Source: Candidatus Krumholzibacteriota bacterium (GTDB lineage Bacteria; Krumholzibacteriota; Krumholzibacteriia; JAJRXK01). From it: DNA of 64,000 nt. Position 1 is the first letter of the stretch; the number at the start of each line of letters is the position of its first letter. The stretch covers positions 704,001-768,000 of the forward strand of contig CAVXTH010000006.1 in assembly GCA_963764625.1 (NCBI GenBank), given 5' to 3'. The notes below the pieces were generated by a model that saw nothing but the letters and a program-made list of their open reading frames with translations, made no database searches and had not been told where the DNA came from. The translations under genes were made by a program, and so were the position numbers. Positions 1 to 7,686 of this stretch are shown one piece after another.

Positions 1-1
1 C

Positions 2-307
2 GACACCTCCAATCTCGAGAAGCTGCGCGTCTACGACAAAGGTGTCACCAAGATGCCGCACTATGACAGCTTCGGCGAATTCCATTTGAGCTATCGTTAT
101 GGAGACATCGTTCTGCCCCGCATCGACGAGGCGGAACCGCTCAAGACCGAAGCCCAGCACTTTTTGGAATGCATCCGGGAGGGAAAGAAACCCTTGAGCG
201 ATGGGGACAATGGTCTCAAGGTGGTGGAGGTTTTGGAAGCCGCCTGTCGTTCCATTTCCGAAGGCGGCGCCGCCATCGAGCTGAATGGGGTGGGGAGCCC
301 GAGCTGA
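2..307 (+). CDS. Gfo/Idh/MocA family oxidoreductase, C-terminal part (5' end outside window)
   Basis: Frame is open from the window edge: DTSNLEKLRVYDKGV...YRYGDIVLPRIDEAEPLKTEAQHFLECIREGKKPLSDGDNGLKVVEVLEAA, the typical C-terminus of sugar-pathway Gfo/Idh/MocA enzymes. Confidence 0.85.
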   Translation, partial: DTSNLEKLRVYDKGVTKMPHYDSFGEFHLSYRYGDIVLPRIDEAEPLKTEAQHFLECIREGKKPLSDGDNGLKVVEVLEAACRSISEGGAAIELNGVGSPS

Positions 308-1446
308 AGTCCCCGAGCGCCAAACTCAGAGTACGATTTCTCGCGGATCGCCTGCCGGTAGGCGGCGCCGAGCGGGTCGTGCAATCCCTCTGCCTTCATC
401 TCCCGGAGCACGGCATCGAGTCGGCTCTGACGACCTTTCGCGGGCTTGGCGAAATTGGGGAGGAGATCGCGGCCGGCGGCATCCCGGTTCAGGGTGAATT
501 TCTTCCGCATCCCAAGTCTCCCACCGCACTTCCGCGACTCATTCGCCATCTGAGCCGAGAAGCTCCCGATCTACTCTACGTTCTCGATCACGGCAACGCG
601 CTGTTCTTGGGCCGGCTCGCGGCGCGGCTGGCCGGAGTGCGGCGCCAGGTGTGCGCGGTGCACCGCACGAGGAGGGCCGACGCGAGTCCCAGCCTCGGCT
701 TCTTGGATCGTCTGCTGATGCCGCTCTCGGACGCGGTGATCGCGGTCAGCCGGGGCCAGGCCGAGTACCTCAGACGGGACATCGGCATCGATCCCACGCG
801 GCTGGTCGTCATCCACAACGGCATCGACACCTCCCGCTTCTCGGCTCCACTGCGGGGAGAGGAGAGAGAATCACACCGGCGCGCGCTCGGGCTGCCGCCC
901 AAGGCCCCGCTCGCGGTGATCGTGGCCGGTCTGCGTCCGGAAAAACACCACGAGTTGATCCTGGAAGCTGTGCAGCGCACCCGTCACGAGCCTCGTCCTC
1001 ATTTGGCGATCGTGGGCACAGGACCGCGCGAAGCAGCGATTCGGGAGCTTTCGGTGAAGCTTGGTCTCCAAGAGCGCGTGCACTGGCTGGGATTGCGTGG
1101 CGACGTTCCCGCGATTCTCCGCGTCGCCGATCTCCTGGTTCTCTCGTCTCATCCGGTCGTCGAAACCTTTCCGCTTTGTGTCCTGGAGGGAATGGCGGCG
1201 CAGCTGCCCGTAATTTCCACCCGAGTGGGCTCGATCGAGGAGATGGTGGTCGAGGGCGAGACCGGACTTCTCGTCCCGCCCTCCGACGCGCGCACCTTCG
1301 CCACCGCGATCGACCTTCTGCTTCGCGATCACTACAAAGCGCAAGACATGGGAGAGGCGGGACGGGCCCATGTATTGCGGAACTTCGATCAGAAGACCAT
1401 GGTAGAGGCTACGGCACGCTTGCTTCGCCGGCTCGCGGCGAAGTAA
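304..1446 (+). CDS. Glycosyltransferase family 4 (GT-B)
   Basis: GGAER motif, VIHNGID, PEKHH, ETFPLCVLEGMAAQLPVISTRVG. Start uncertain: CTG at 304 overlapping the upstream TGA is proposed, because residues 169-303 of the ORF-track call look non-coding. Confidence 0.88.
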   Translation: MKSPSAKLRVRFLADRLPVGGAERVVQSLCLHLPEHGIESALTTFRGLGEIGEEIAAGGIPVQGEFLPHPKSPTALPRLIRHLSREAPDLLYVLDHGNALFLGRLAARLAGVRRQVCAVHRTRRADASPSLGFLDRLLMPLSDAVIAVSRGQAEYLRRDIGIDPTRLVVIHNGIDTSRFSAPLRGEERESHRRALGLPPKAPLAVIVAGLRPEKHHELILEAVQRTRHEPRPHLAIVGTGPREAAIRELSVKLGLQERVHWLGLRGDVPAILRVADLLVLSSHPVVETFPLCVLEGMAAQLPVISTRVGSIEEMVVEGETGLLVPPSDARTFATAIDLLLRDHYKAQDMGEAGRAHVLRNFDQKTMVEATARLLRRLAAK

Positions 1447-1468
1447 AAGCGGCAGAGGAGGACCGAGA

Positions 1469-2353
1469 GTGGGAGATTCCTCTCTCACAAACTACCTGGA
1501 ACAGTTTGCGCGCCGCCTCCGACCCAGGCTCATCGCCGCCGTCGAAGCTCGGGAACACGCGCACACTCCAAGCTTGAAAGAAGCCCTGGGTTACACTCTC
1601 CTGGCGCCGGGCAAACGAATCCGTCCGGCCGTGATCGATCTGTGGTCCCGCTGTGCTTCAGGAGCTGACGCGAGTCTCGTCCTCGATGCCGCGACGGCGG
1701 TCGAATTGATCCACAGTTCTTCTCTCATCCTCGATGACCTTCCGAGCATGGACGACGCGCGCACGCGACGCGGACTTCCGTGTTGCCATCTGGTGTACGG
1801 GCTCGACACCGCCATCCTGGTGGCGACCGCCAACCTGGCCCGGGCCTTCGAGCTTCTGGGCGAGGTCGATTCCAAGACCAAAGGACGCAGACTCACTTCT
1901 CTCTTCGCCAAGGCGGTGGGGGTGGGCGGAATGATCGGGGGACAGCACGTCGACCTGCATCTCGAGCCGGAAAAGCGGACCCTCGATACTCTCGAATACA
2001 TCCACCGCCACAAGACGGGAGAACTCTTCGGCGCCTGCGCGCGGGCCGGGGTGCGGCTGGCTCTTGCCGATGAGCGCCTGGAGCTGATCGCGGCCAACTA
2101 CGCGCGCAACCTGGGCCTCGCGTTCCAGATCAAAGACGACCTTCTGGATGCCTACGGTCATTCGCAGGAGATGGGAAAGGATGCCCGCAAAGATCGGGGC
2201 AAAGCCACTTTCGTCAGCACCCTGGGCGCGGAAGCCAGCGAGGAGATCATGAACCAACTCCTGGACACCGCGCGCGAGAGCTTGCATCACCTCGATGGCG
2301 CCGATCCGCTGCTCCTCGAACTCTGCACCTTCGTGCAGACGCGCAGGAACTAG
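1469..2353 (+). CDS. Polyprenyl synthetase, CrtE-like geranylgeranyl diphosphate synthase
   Basis: GKRIRP, FARM HSSSLILDDLPSMDDARTRRG, GGQHVD, KT, SARM FQIKDDLLD; GAGGAGG SD before GTG. Confidence 0.88.
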   Translation: MGDSSLTNYLEQFARRLRPRLIAAVEAREHAHTPSLKEALGYTLLAPGKRIRPAVIDLWSRCASGADASLVLDAATAVELIHSSSLILDDLPSMDDARTRRGLPCCHLVYGLDTAILVATANLARAFELLGEVDSKTKGRRLTSLFAKAVGVGGMIGGQHVDLHLEPEKRTLDTLEYIHRHKTGELFGACARAGVRLALADERLELIAANYARNLGLAFQIKDDLLDAYGHSQEMGKDARKDRGKATFVSTLGAEASEEIMNQLLDTARESLHHLDGADPLLLELCTFVQTRRN

Positions 2354-2356
2354 GCG

Positions 2357-4219
2357 ATGCCACGCAGCCCCTTTGAGGAAGAGAAGCTGCAGGAGGGACT
2401 CGCCCGGCTTCGGGAGCTGGGGTATCTGCGTTCCCCGGTGGAGAGCTTCGTGGCGAAGAGAGTCTCGCGCGGCAAGAACCCCTGGCGGGCGGCTCTTTTG
2501 GCGGGTCTGTGGTTGGGTGCCGGCGGCGGCGCGCTCACCGGATGCCTGCTCACCCTCTCGGTCGCGGTCGCGCAAACCGAAATTCTGGACAACCTCCACG
2601 ATTTGTTCTGGCTGGGACTGGATCTCGTGCTCGCGGCCGCCGTCCTGGGCGGCGTGCTGGTGACTCTGTTCGCGTATCCGCTCTTGCTCAGCGCTCGTCG
2701 CAATGGATTCTCGGCGGGACAGCGGGGCGAGCTGGTGGTGTTCCTCGGCTCCTCCTTGCTCTTCGGTCTGTATCTGAGCGATGTCATGGGGCGCTTCCTC
2801 TTGGTGTCGGTCCAGGGATCGACTTGGCTTCTGCTGTCGCTGCTGGCGAGTCTTCTCTGCGCCCTGCTGGGAGTGGCGTGGGGCCGCCTGCTACGCGCCC
2901 TTCTGGCCGTGGCCAGACTCGACCAACTCGCAGTATCCAGCGCCAAGACCGCCGCTCGCTATACCCCACGCGTCATTCTGCTCGGCTTCATCGCGACGTC
3001 CTGCCTGCTCATCCTGGGACCCTACCGGGAGCTGCGGCCGCTGCGCGGCCTGGATGCGATCGATCCCGGTCCGCCGGTGCAGACGCACCAGCCGCTCGTC
3101 TTGCTCACGGTCGATGGCGCGGAACCTTCGCAGCTTCCCCGCCTGAGGGATCGTCTCCACGGCGAGTTGAAAGAACTGCGGCCGCCGGGCCTCGCGCTCC
3201 ACCCGGAGAGTTTTTGGAACTGCGTGGCCACCGGGTTTCCGCCCGAAATCCACGGCCTCGTTCGAGCCTCGTCCACCGGGCCCAAGGGGGTGGCGAGTGA
3301 TTTGAGGCGAGCGCGGCGCCAACCGCTTTTGGAACTGGTGCTGCGGGGACTCTTGCCCGGCATCGGGTTGGCCAAAGAGAGGGCCCACGACCAGCGCGAG
3401 CTTCTGAGGCCGCAGTTCTGGGAGATCGCAGCGCACATGGGTTTGAAGATGCAGGTGGTGAACGCCTGGGCCACCTATCCCGCCGCGCGGCACGCTGACC
3501 TCACGGTGGTGAGCGACCGGTGTTTCCTTCGCCTATGGGAGGGTGGCACGGATGCGGCGGAGGATCCTCTGCTGGTGCAGCCCCCTCGCCCGGATCTGTT
3601 GCCCGATCTTCGCGAAGCCCTGGCCACGCGCGACTCGTACCCCTCGCTGGTTCGCGGCGATTCTCTGCTGGAGACCCTTCCATTGCACGATCTGCAGCAG
3701 GTCGCCGATGCCTGGCACTACGCGGTTGCCAGCGACCTCTTCCATGCCTCTCTGGCGTTGAAGGGCATGGACGCGGCGGGGCAAGGCGGTTGGATCTGCC
3801 ATCTGGGGGGAGCGGACATCGTCGAGCGCGCGGCGCAGAGGATACCCGCCGGAGCCTCGCGGACGGTGGCGACGCGCCTGGAGGCGCTCTACACGAATTT
3901 CCTGGATGAACTGGTGCTTAAAGTGGTAGAGGAAGTTCCCGAGAGAGCACGTTTGTGTCTTGTGCTCTCGCGGGTGGGGAAGGGAGAGAGGCGGGCCTGG
4001 GCATTCCCCGCTACCCTGGCAAAGGGCGAGGGCAGCGTGCTCGAGCTCACTCCATCCCTGTTGAGCATTCTGGGACTTCCCCCGGCAAGAGACATGGCGG
4101 GAAAGAACAAGAGAGGACCGGCGACGTGGGGCAGTCGGCCGGCCTGGACGCCGCACGCGGAACGATCCTCAGCGGATCTGCAGAGGCTAAGGTCCCTGGG
4201 ATACATCGGCGGTTCCTGA
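2357..4219 (+). CDS. Multi-TM membrane protein with degenerate alkaline-phosphatase/phosphodiesterase-like C-terminal domain
   Basis: About 5 hydrophobic helices, then LVLLTVDGA, FWNCVATGFPPEIHG, VVNAWATYPA, LTPSLLSILGLPPARDMAG and terminal QRLRSLGYI. Confidence 0.65.
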   Translation: MPRSPFEEEKLQEGLARLRELGYLRSPVESFVAKRVSRGKNPWRAALLAGLWLGAGGGALTGCLLTLSVAVAQTEILDNLHDLFWLGLDLVLAAAVLGGVLVTLFAYPLLLSARRNGFSAGQRGELVVFLGSSLLFGLYLSDVMGRFLLVSVQGSTWLLLSLLASLLCALLGVAWGRLLRALLAVARLDQLAVSSAKTAARYTPRVILLGFIATSCLLILGPYRELRPLRGLDAIDPGPPVQTHQPLVLLTVDGAEPSQLPRLRDRLHGELKELRPPGLALHPESFWNCVATGFPPEIHGLVRASSTGPKGVASDLRRARRQPLLELVLRGLLPGIGLAKERAHDQRELLRPQFWEIAAHMGLKMQVVNAWATYPAARHADLTVVSDRCFLRLWEGGTDAAEDPLLVQPPRPDLLPDLREALATRDSYPSLVRGDSLLETLPLHDLQQVADAWHYAVASDLFHASLALKGMDAAGQGGWICHLGGADIVERAAQRIPAGASRTVATRLEALYTNFLDELVLKVVEEVPERARLCLVLSRVGKGERRAWAFPATLAKGEGSVLELTPSLLSILGLPPARDMAGKNKRGPATWGSRPAWTPHAERSSADLQRLRSLGYIGGS

Positions 4220-4245
4220 TTCCCTCGGGCGACGAGGAGGTTTCC

Positions 4246-4938
4246 ATGCGAAGCATCGGTCATTTTCCACTGCTCGTCTTGGTGCTCGGACTCAGCGCGT
4301 GCGCGTCGCATCCAGCGCCCAGCGTGAAGTCCGATCCGCAAGCGGCGCCAGAGAGTTCGGTACAACAAGAGAACGCGGCGACGGAAAAGTCGGCCGGCGA
4401 GATCACCGGGCCCGCCGCGGGCTATCGAGTCGAAAGTGAAGGCGAAGCCCCGGTCACCAAAGACGTGGAGTTCGAGGAAGACCGACTTCCTCCCTCCCCG
4501 GAGGAAGTCGAAGCCACCAAACTCGAAAGCGAGCGCGTGTCCTCGAGCGAAGTGGAGCAGCTGCCCAAAGTGCAGGGAGCAGCAACGCCGGACAGCGGCG
4601 GCGACAAGATTCCCCCCAGCGTCAGCGCGCCGGTGGACCCCAGCGTGAAGATACCGATCGAAGGGAAGCGCCCCGCGGCGCGCCTGGGATTCAGGGTGCA
4701 GATCGCGGCCTCGCGCGACAAGAGCAACGCGGAGGAGGTCGCACGGCAAGCGCGCAGCCGGATTCCCGAGACGGTCTACGTGGTCTTCGAGAGCCCGTAC
4801 TACAAAGTGCGCGTGGGAGACTTCAGCGATCGCGCCCTTGCCCTCCAGCTGCGGGATCGGCTCCGGGGCTATGGCTACGACGAGGCCTGGGTGGTCACGA
4901 CGACCGTCATGGAAAGCGCGAAGGATTCCGGCTCTTGA
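4246..4938 (+). CDS. SPOR-domain lipoprotein
   Basis: GAGGAGG SD, lipobox LSAC, low-complexity linker, C-terminal GFRVQIAA...YYKVRVGDF...LRGYGYDEAWVV. Confidence 0.85.
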   Translation: MRSIGHFPLLVLVLGLSACASHPAPSVKSDPQAAPESSVQQENAATEKSAGEITGPAAGYRVESEGEAPVTKDVEFEEDRLPPSPEEVEATKLESERVSSSEVEQLPKVQGAATPDSGGDKIPPSVSAPVDPSVKIPIEGKRPAARLGFRVQIAASRDKSNAEEVARQARSRIPETVYVVFESPYYKVRVGDFSDRALALQLRDRLRGYGYDEAWVVTTTVMESAKDSGS

Positions 4939-4962
4939 CGCAGGCAGGGCATTGTCTAAACT
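4935..4962 (+). promoter_or_regulatory. sigma70-type promoter for tRNA cluster
   Basis: TTGACG-16nt-TAAACT about 40 nt upstream of tRNA-Gly. Confidence 0.6.
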
Positions 4963-5001
4963 AATCAGTCCCACGCGGTGGGAGTCCCTGGTTTTCAAGG
5001 G

Positions 5002-5077
<76 letters not shown>

Positions 5078-5086
5078 TCGTTTCCG

Positions 5087-5163
5087 GGCGGCATAGCCAA
5101 GTGGTCCAAGGCGACGGTTTGCAAAACCGTTATTCCCCAGTTCGAATCTGGGTGCCGCCTCCA
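5087..5163 (+). tRNA. tRNA-Cys(GCA)
   Basis: GGCGGCA/TGCCGCC acceptor, ACGGT-TTGCAAA-ACCGT, U73 discriminator, encoded CCA. Confidence 0.96.
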
Positions 5164-5225
5164 GTCGACCCGAGCACGGCCTGCAGCCCTACGAGGAAGC
5201 GGGCTCCGCCGGAATCGAGTTCGAC

Positions 5226-5259
5226 ACGCGGATGACGCCCGGAGCGTCATCCGCGTTTT
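5226..5259 (+). terminator. Intrinsic terminator-like hairpin between tRNA-Cys and tRNA-Leu
   Basis: Perfect 13-bp stem ACGCGGATGACGC/GCGTCATCCGCGT followed by TTT. Confidence 0.6.
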
Positions 5260-5303
5260 CGCTTGCCCAAAACTGCGATGGCGCGGATTTTGGTAGCGAT
5301 GGG

Positions 5304-5388
5304 GCCCGGGTGGCGGAATTGGTAGACGCAGGGGACTTAAAATCCCCTGAAGCTTGGCTTCGTGAGGGTTCGATTCCCTCCCCGGGCA
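5304..5388 (+). tRNA. tRNA-Leu(TAA), CCA not encoded
   Basis: GCCCGGG/CCCGGGC acceptor, GGGGA-CTTAAAA-TCCCC, long variable arm; completes the classic Gly-Cys-Leu cluster. Confidence 0.96.
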
Positions 5389-5449
5389 GATCACCTCCGC
5401 ATTCGGAAGCCAGCAAAACAGCCCAGGGTTTCAGGGGTGAAGAGCACGC

Positions 5450-6583
5450 GTGCGCATCGCATATCTGAGCATCGGCCGGCATCTGCACACTCAGCGATGG
5501 ATCCAATACTTCGCGAGAAGAGGCCATGAGTGCCATCTCCTCACGGTTCAACCCGGTCCGCTCGAAGGGGTGCGGGTGCACGACATTCGCACCCATGCCC
5601 CTGGCAAGCCGCTGCGCTACTGGTTGAGTCTGAGGAAGGTGCGGGCGATCCTGCAGGACCTGAGGCCAGATCTCCTCCATACCCATTTCCTGACCGGCTA
5701 CGGCTACTGGGGACACTTCTCGCGCTTTCAACCCAACATCCTCACCGTCTGGGGCGACGACGTCTATCTCACACCCCGCGAGAACGTGTTGAAGGGTTGG
5801 CTGGCGCGCCGGGCTCTTGGCTCCGCGCGCGCGGTCACCGGAGACTCGGTGGACATCCTCAAGCAATGCGTCGATTTGGGCGCCAGAGCCGAGTCCTGCT
5901 ACGAAATCCAATGGGGGGTCGATTTCTCCGTGTTCAGCCCGGAACGGTCCAGCCAGGTCCGGAAGGAGCTGGGCATTCCGGAGGGATCGCCCGTCATTTT
6001 CTCGCCCCGCTCGTTTACGCAGGCTTACTACAACATCGATGTCATCATCGCCGCGGTTGCTGGCTTGCAAGCCCAGCGTCCCGCGGTTCATGTCATCTTC
6101 GCCGGTTACGAGGGCGATCAGACCCCCTTCCGCGCGATGGCCGAAAAGGCCGGGCTCACCCGGCAAACGCATTTCGTCGGGCGAATTCCCCACGAACGCT
6201 TTGCGGATTACCTCGTCGCCAGTGATGTCTTCGTGAGCGTTCCCTCGGTGGACGCAACCGCGGTCTCTCTCCTGGAAGCCATGGCGTGCGGACGGGCGAT
6301 CGTCGTCTCCTCGCTGGCCTCTTCGCTCGAGTGGGTTCGGGACGGCGAGAACGGAATCGTGGTGCCGCCACGCGACGAGAACGCGCTCGTGAACGCGCTC
6401 ACGACTCTGGTGGACGACGACTTAGTGCGCCGTCGCTTCGGTGAGGTATGCGCGCGCGAGGTTCGCCAGCGAGCTGACCACGAAACGAACATGGAGTGGA
6501 TGCTTCGTCTCTACGAACATTTCGTCACGGGCAAGGAGATCCCCGCTGAGATACGCTCGATGAAGAGCAGGGGACTCGCATGA
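5450..6583 (+). CDS. Glycosyltransferase family 4
   Basis: HTQRWIQYF, PDLLHTH, TVWGDDV, YNIDVII, SDVFVSVPSVDATAVSLLEAMACG. Confidence 0.9.
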   Translation: MRIAYLSIGRHLHTQRWIQYFARRGHECHLLTVQPGPLEGVRVHDIRTHAPGKPLRYWLSLRKVRAILQDLRPDLLHTHFLTGYGYWGHFSRFQPNILTVWGDDVYLTPRENVLKGWLARRALGSARAVTGDSVDILKQCVDLGARAESCYEIQWGVDFSVFSPERSSQVRKELGIPEGSPVIFSPRSFTQAYYNIDVIIAAVAGLQAQRPAVHVIFAGYEGDQTPFRAMAEKAGLTRQTHFVGRIPHERFADYLVASDVFVSVPSVDATAVSLLEAMACGRAIVVSSLASSLEWVRDGENGIVVPPRDENALVNALTTLVDDDLVRRRFGEVCAREVRQRADHETNMEWMLRLYEHFVTGKEIPAEIRSMKSRGLA

Positions 6584-7518
6584 TCACCGTCGTCATCCCC
6601 ACTCACCGCAAGCCCGCGCTGCTCCAGCGTACCCTTTCCGCGTTGGAGATTCAGAGTTACGCGGGGGAGTGGGAGGTCCTGGTGGTGGACGACGGCTCCG
6701 GGGATGAAACCCCGGTTGTGCTCCGCGAGTGGGGGCGGCGCCTGCCCCTCCGCGCGATCGTGCTGAAGGAAAACGAGGGGCGGTCGCGAGCTCGCAACCA
6801 CGGATGGCGTGGGGCCAGGGGAGAGACGGTTCTCTTTCTGGACGACGACATCCTGCTCGAGAGGAACGCTCTGGCGGCGCACGCCGCGGCGCAGGAGCGC
6901 CGTGCCGCGGGGTGGTTGGGCGAGGTGCGCACGGCCCCGGAGATCGTCGATTCCAGCCTGTTCGAATACCTCGACGGCCAGGGCATCGCGAAGTGTACCC
7001 CGGGCGGTCCGGTGCCGGCTCGCTATTTCCTGACCCAGAATGTTTCGCTTCCGCGGGCGGCCCTGGCCCTGTGCGACGGTTTCAACGAAGGCTTCCAGGC
7101 TTACGGATTCGAGGACATGGAATTGGCCTTTCGGCTGGAAGATCAAGCCAAGCTCGGCTTCCACTTCCTCGACGGCGCCCTGGGCCATCACGTCCACCAC
7201 CACAGCCTCCGCGAATATCTGGAGAAGAAGCGCGAATGCGGACGCGCCTCGTTGCCCCTGATCGCCCGTCTTCATCCCGGGCGGATGCGCGAGATGCAGC
7301 TCGACCTCCTCCTGGGGCCTCGGGGGGAGCTCTCCGGCTCGCGCTCTCTCATGGCCACCGGGCTTGCCCGCAGCTTCCGGTGGGGAGGCCCAGGCTTGGC
7401 TCAGACGGCGCTCCGCCTCCTCGGGGGGGCGTTGCCCCGCGCCGCCCGGCGGCGCCTCTACGACTACCTCGTCCTGGCCTGCTACGCGCAGGGTCTGTCA
7501 GGAGTAAAACTGCCATAA
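6580..7518 (+). CDS. Glycosyltransferase family 2
   Basis: ITVVIPT, VVDDGS, ARNHG, FLDDD, YGFEDMELAFRL; ATGA overlap with upstream gene. Confidence 0.9.
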   Translation: MITVVIPTHRKPALLQRTLSALEIQSYAGEWEVLVVDDGSGDETPVVLREWGRRLPLRAIVLKENEGRSRARNHGWRGARGETVLFLDDDILLERNALAAHAAAQERRAAGWLGEVRTAPEIVDSSLFEYLDGQGIAKCTPGGPVPARYFLTQNVSLPRAALALCDGFNEGFQAYGFEDMELAFRLEDQAKLGFHFLDGALGHHVHHHSLREYLEKKRECGRASLPLIARLHPGRMREMQLDLLLGPRGELSGSRSLMATGLARSFRWGGPGLAQTALRLLGGALPRAARRRLYDYLVLACYAQGLSGVKLP

Positions 7519-7636
7519 TGGCAGTATTCTGTCATTCTGTCGGTCACAGGGGCAGGACCCTATCGCCCTTCAATTTTTTAAGTATTGCCATTACAGTGAG
7601 TTACGCTCCTTTCGCTTGCCTGGCATGGGGATTGTT
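7509..7636 (+). promoter_or_regulatory. Putative sigma54 promoter of dnaK with upstream palindromic activator sites
   Basis: Palindrome ACTGCCA-TAA-TGGCAGT (7509-7525), second site CTGTCA-TTC-TGTCG, AT-rich tract, TGGCAT-N5-TTGT at 7621-7635. Confidence 0.55.
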
Positions 7637-7686
7637 CAGGCTCCAAGCACACGCATACCGTTTGCACGAGGAAAGGAAGCCATACC

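Noticed and set aside
5952-5972. GCCAGGTCCGGAAGGAGC resembling the SRP RNA domain IV core
   Set aside because: It lies inside an intact GT4 reading frame, lacks the AGCAG element and has no flanking long helix
5389-7518. Possible genomic islet (two GTs) integrated at tRNA-Leu
   Set aside because: No integrase, no duplicated tRNA 3' end and no obvious compositional shift
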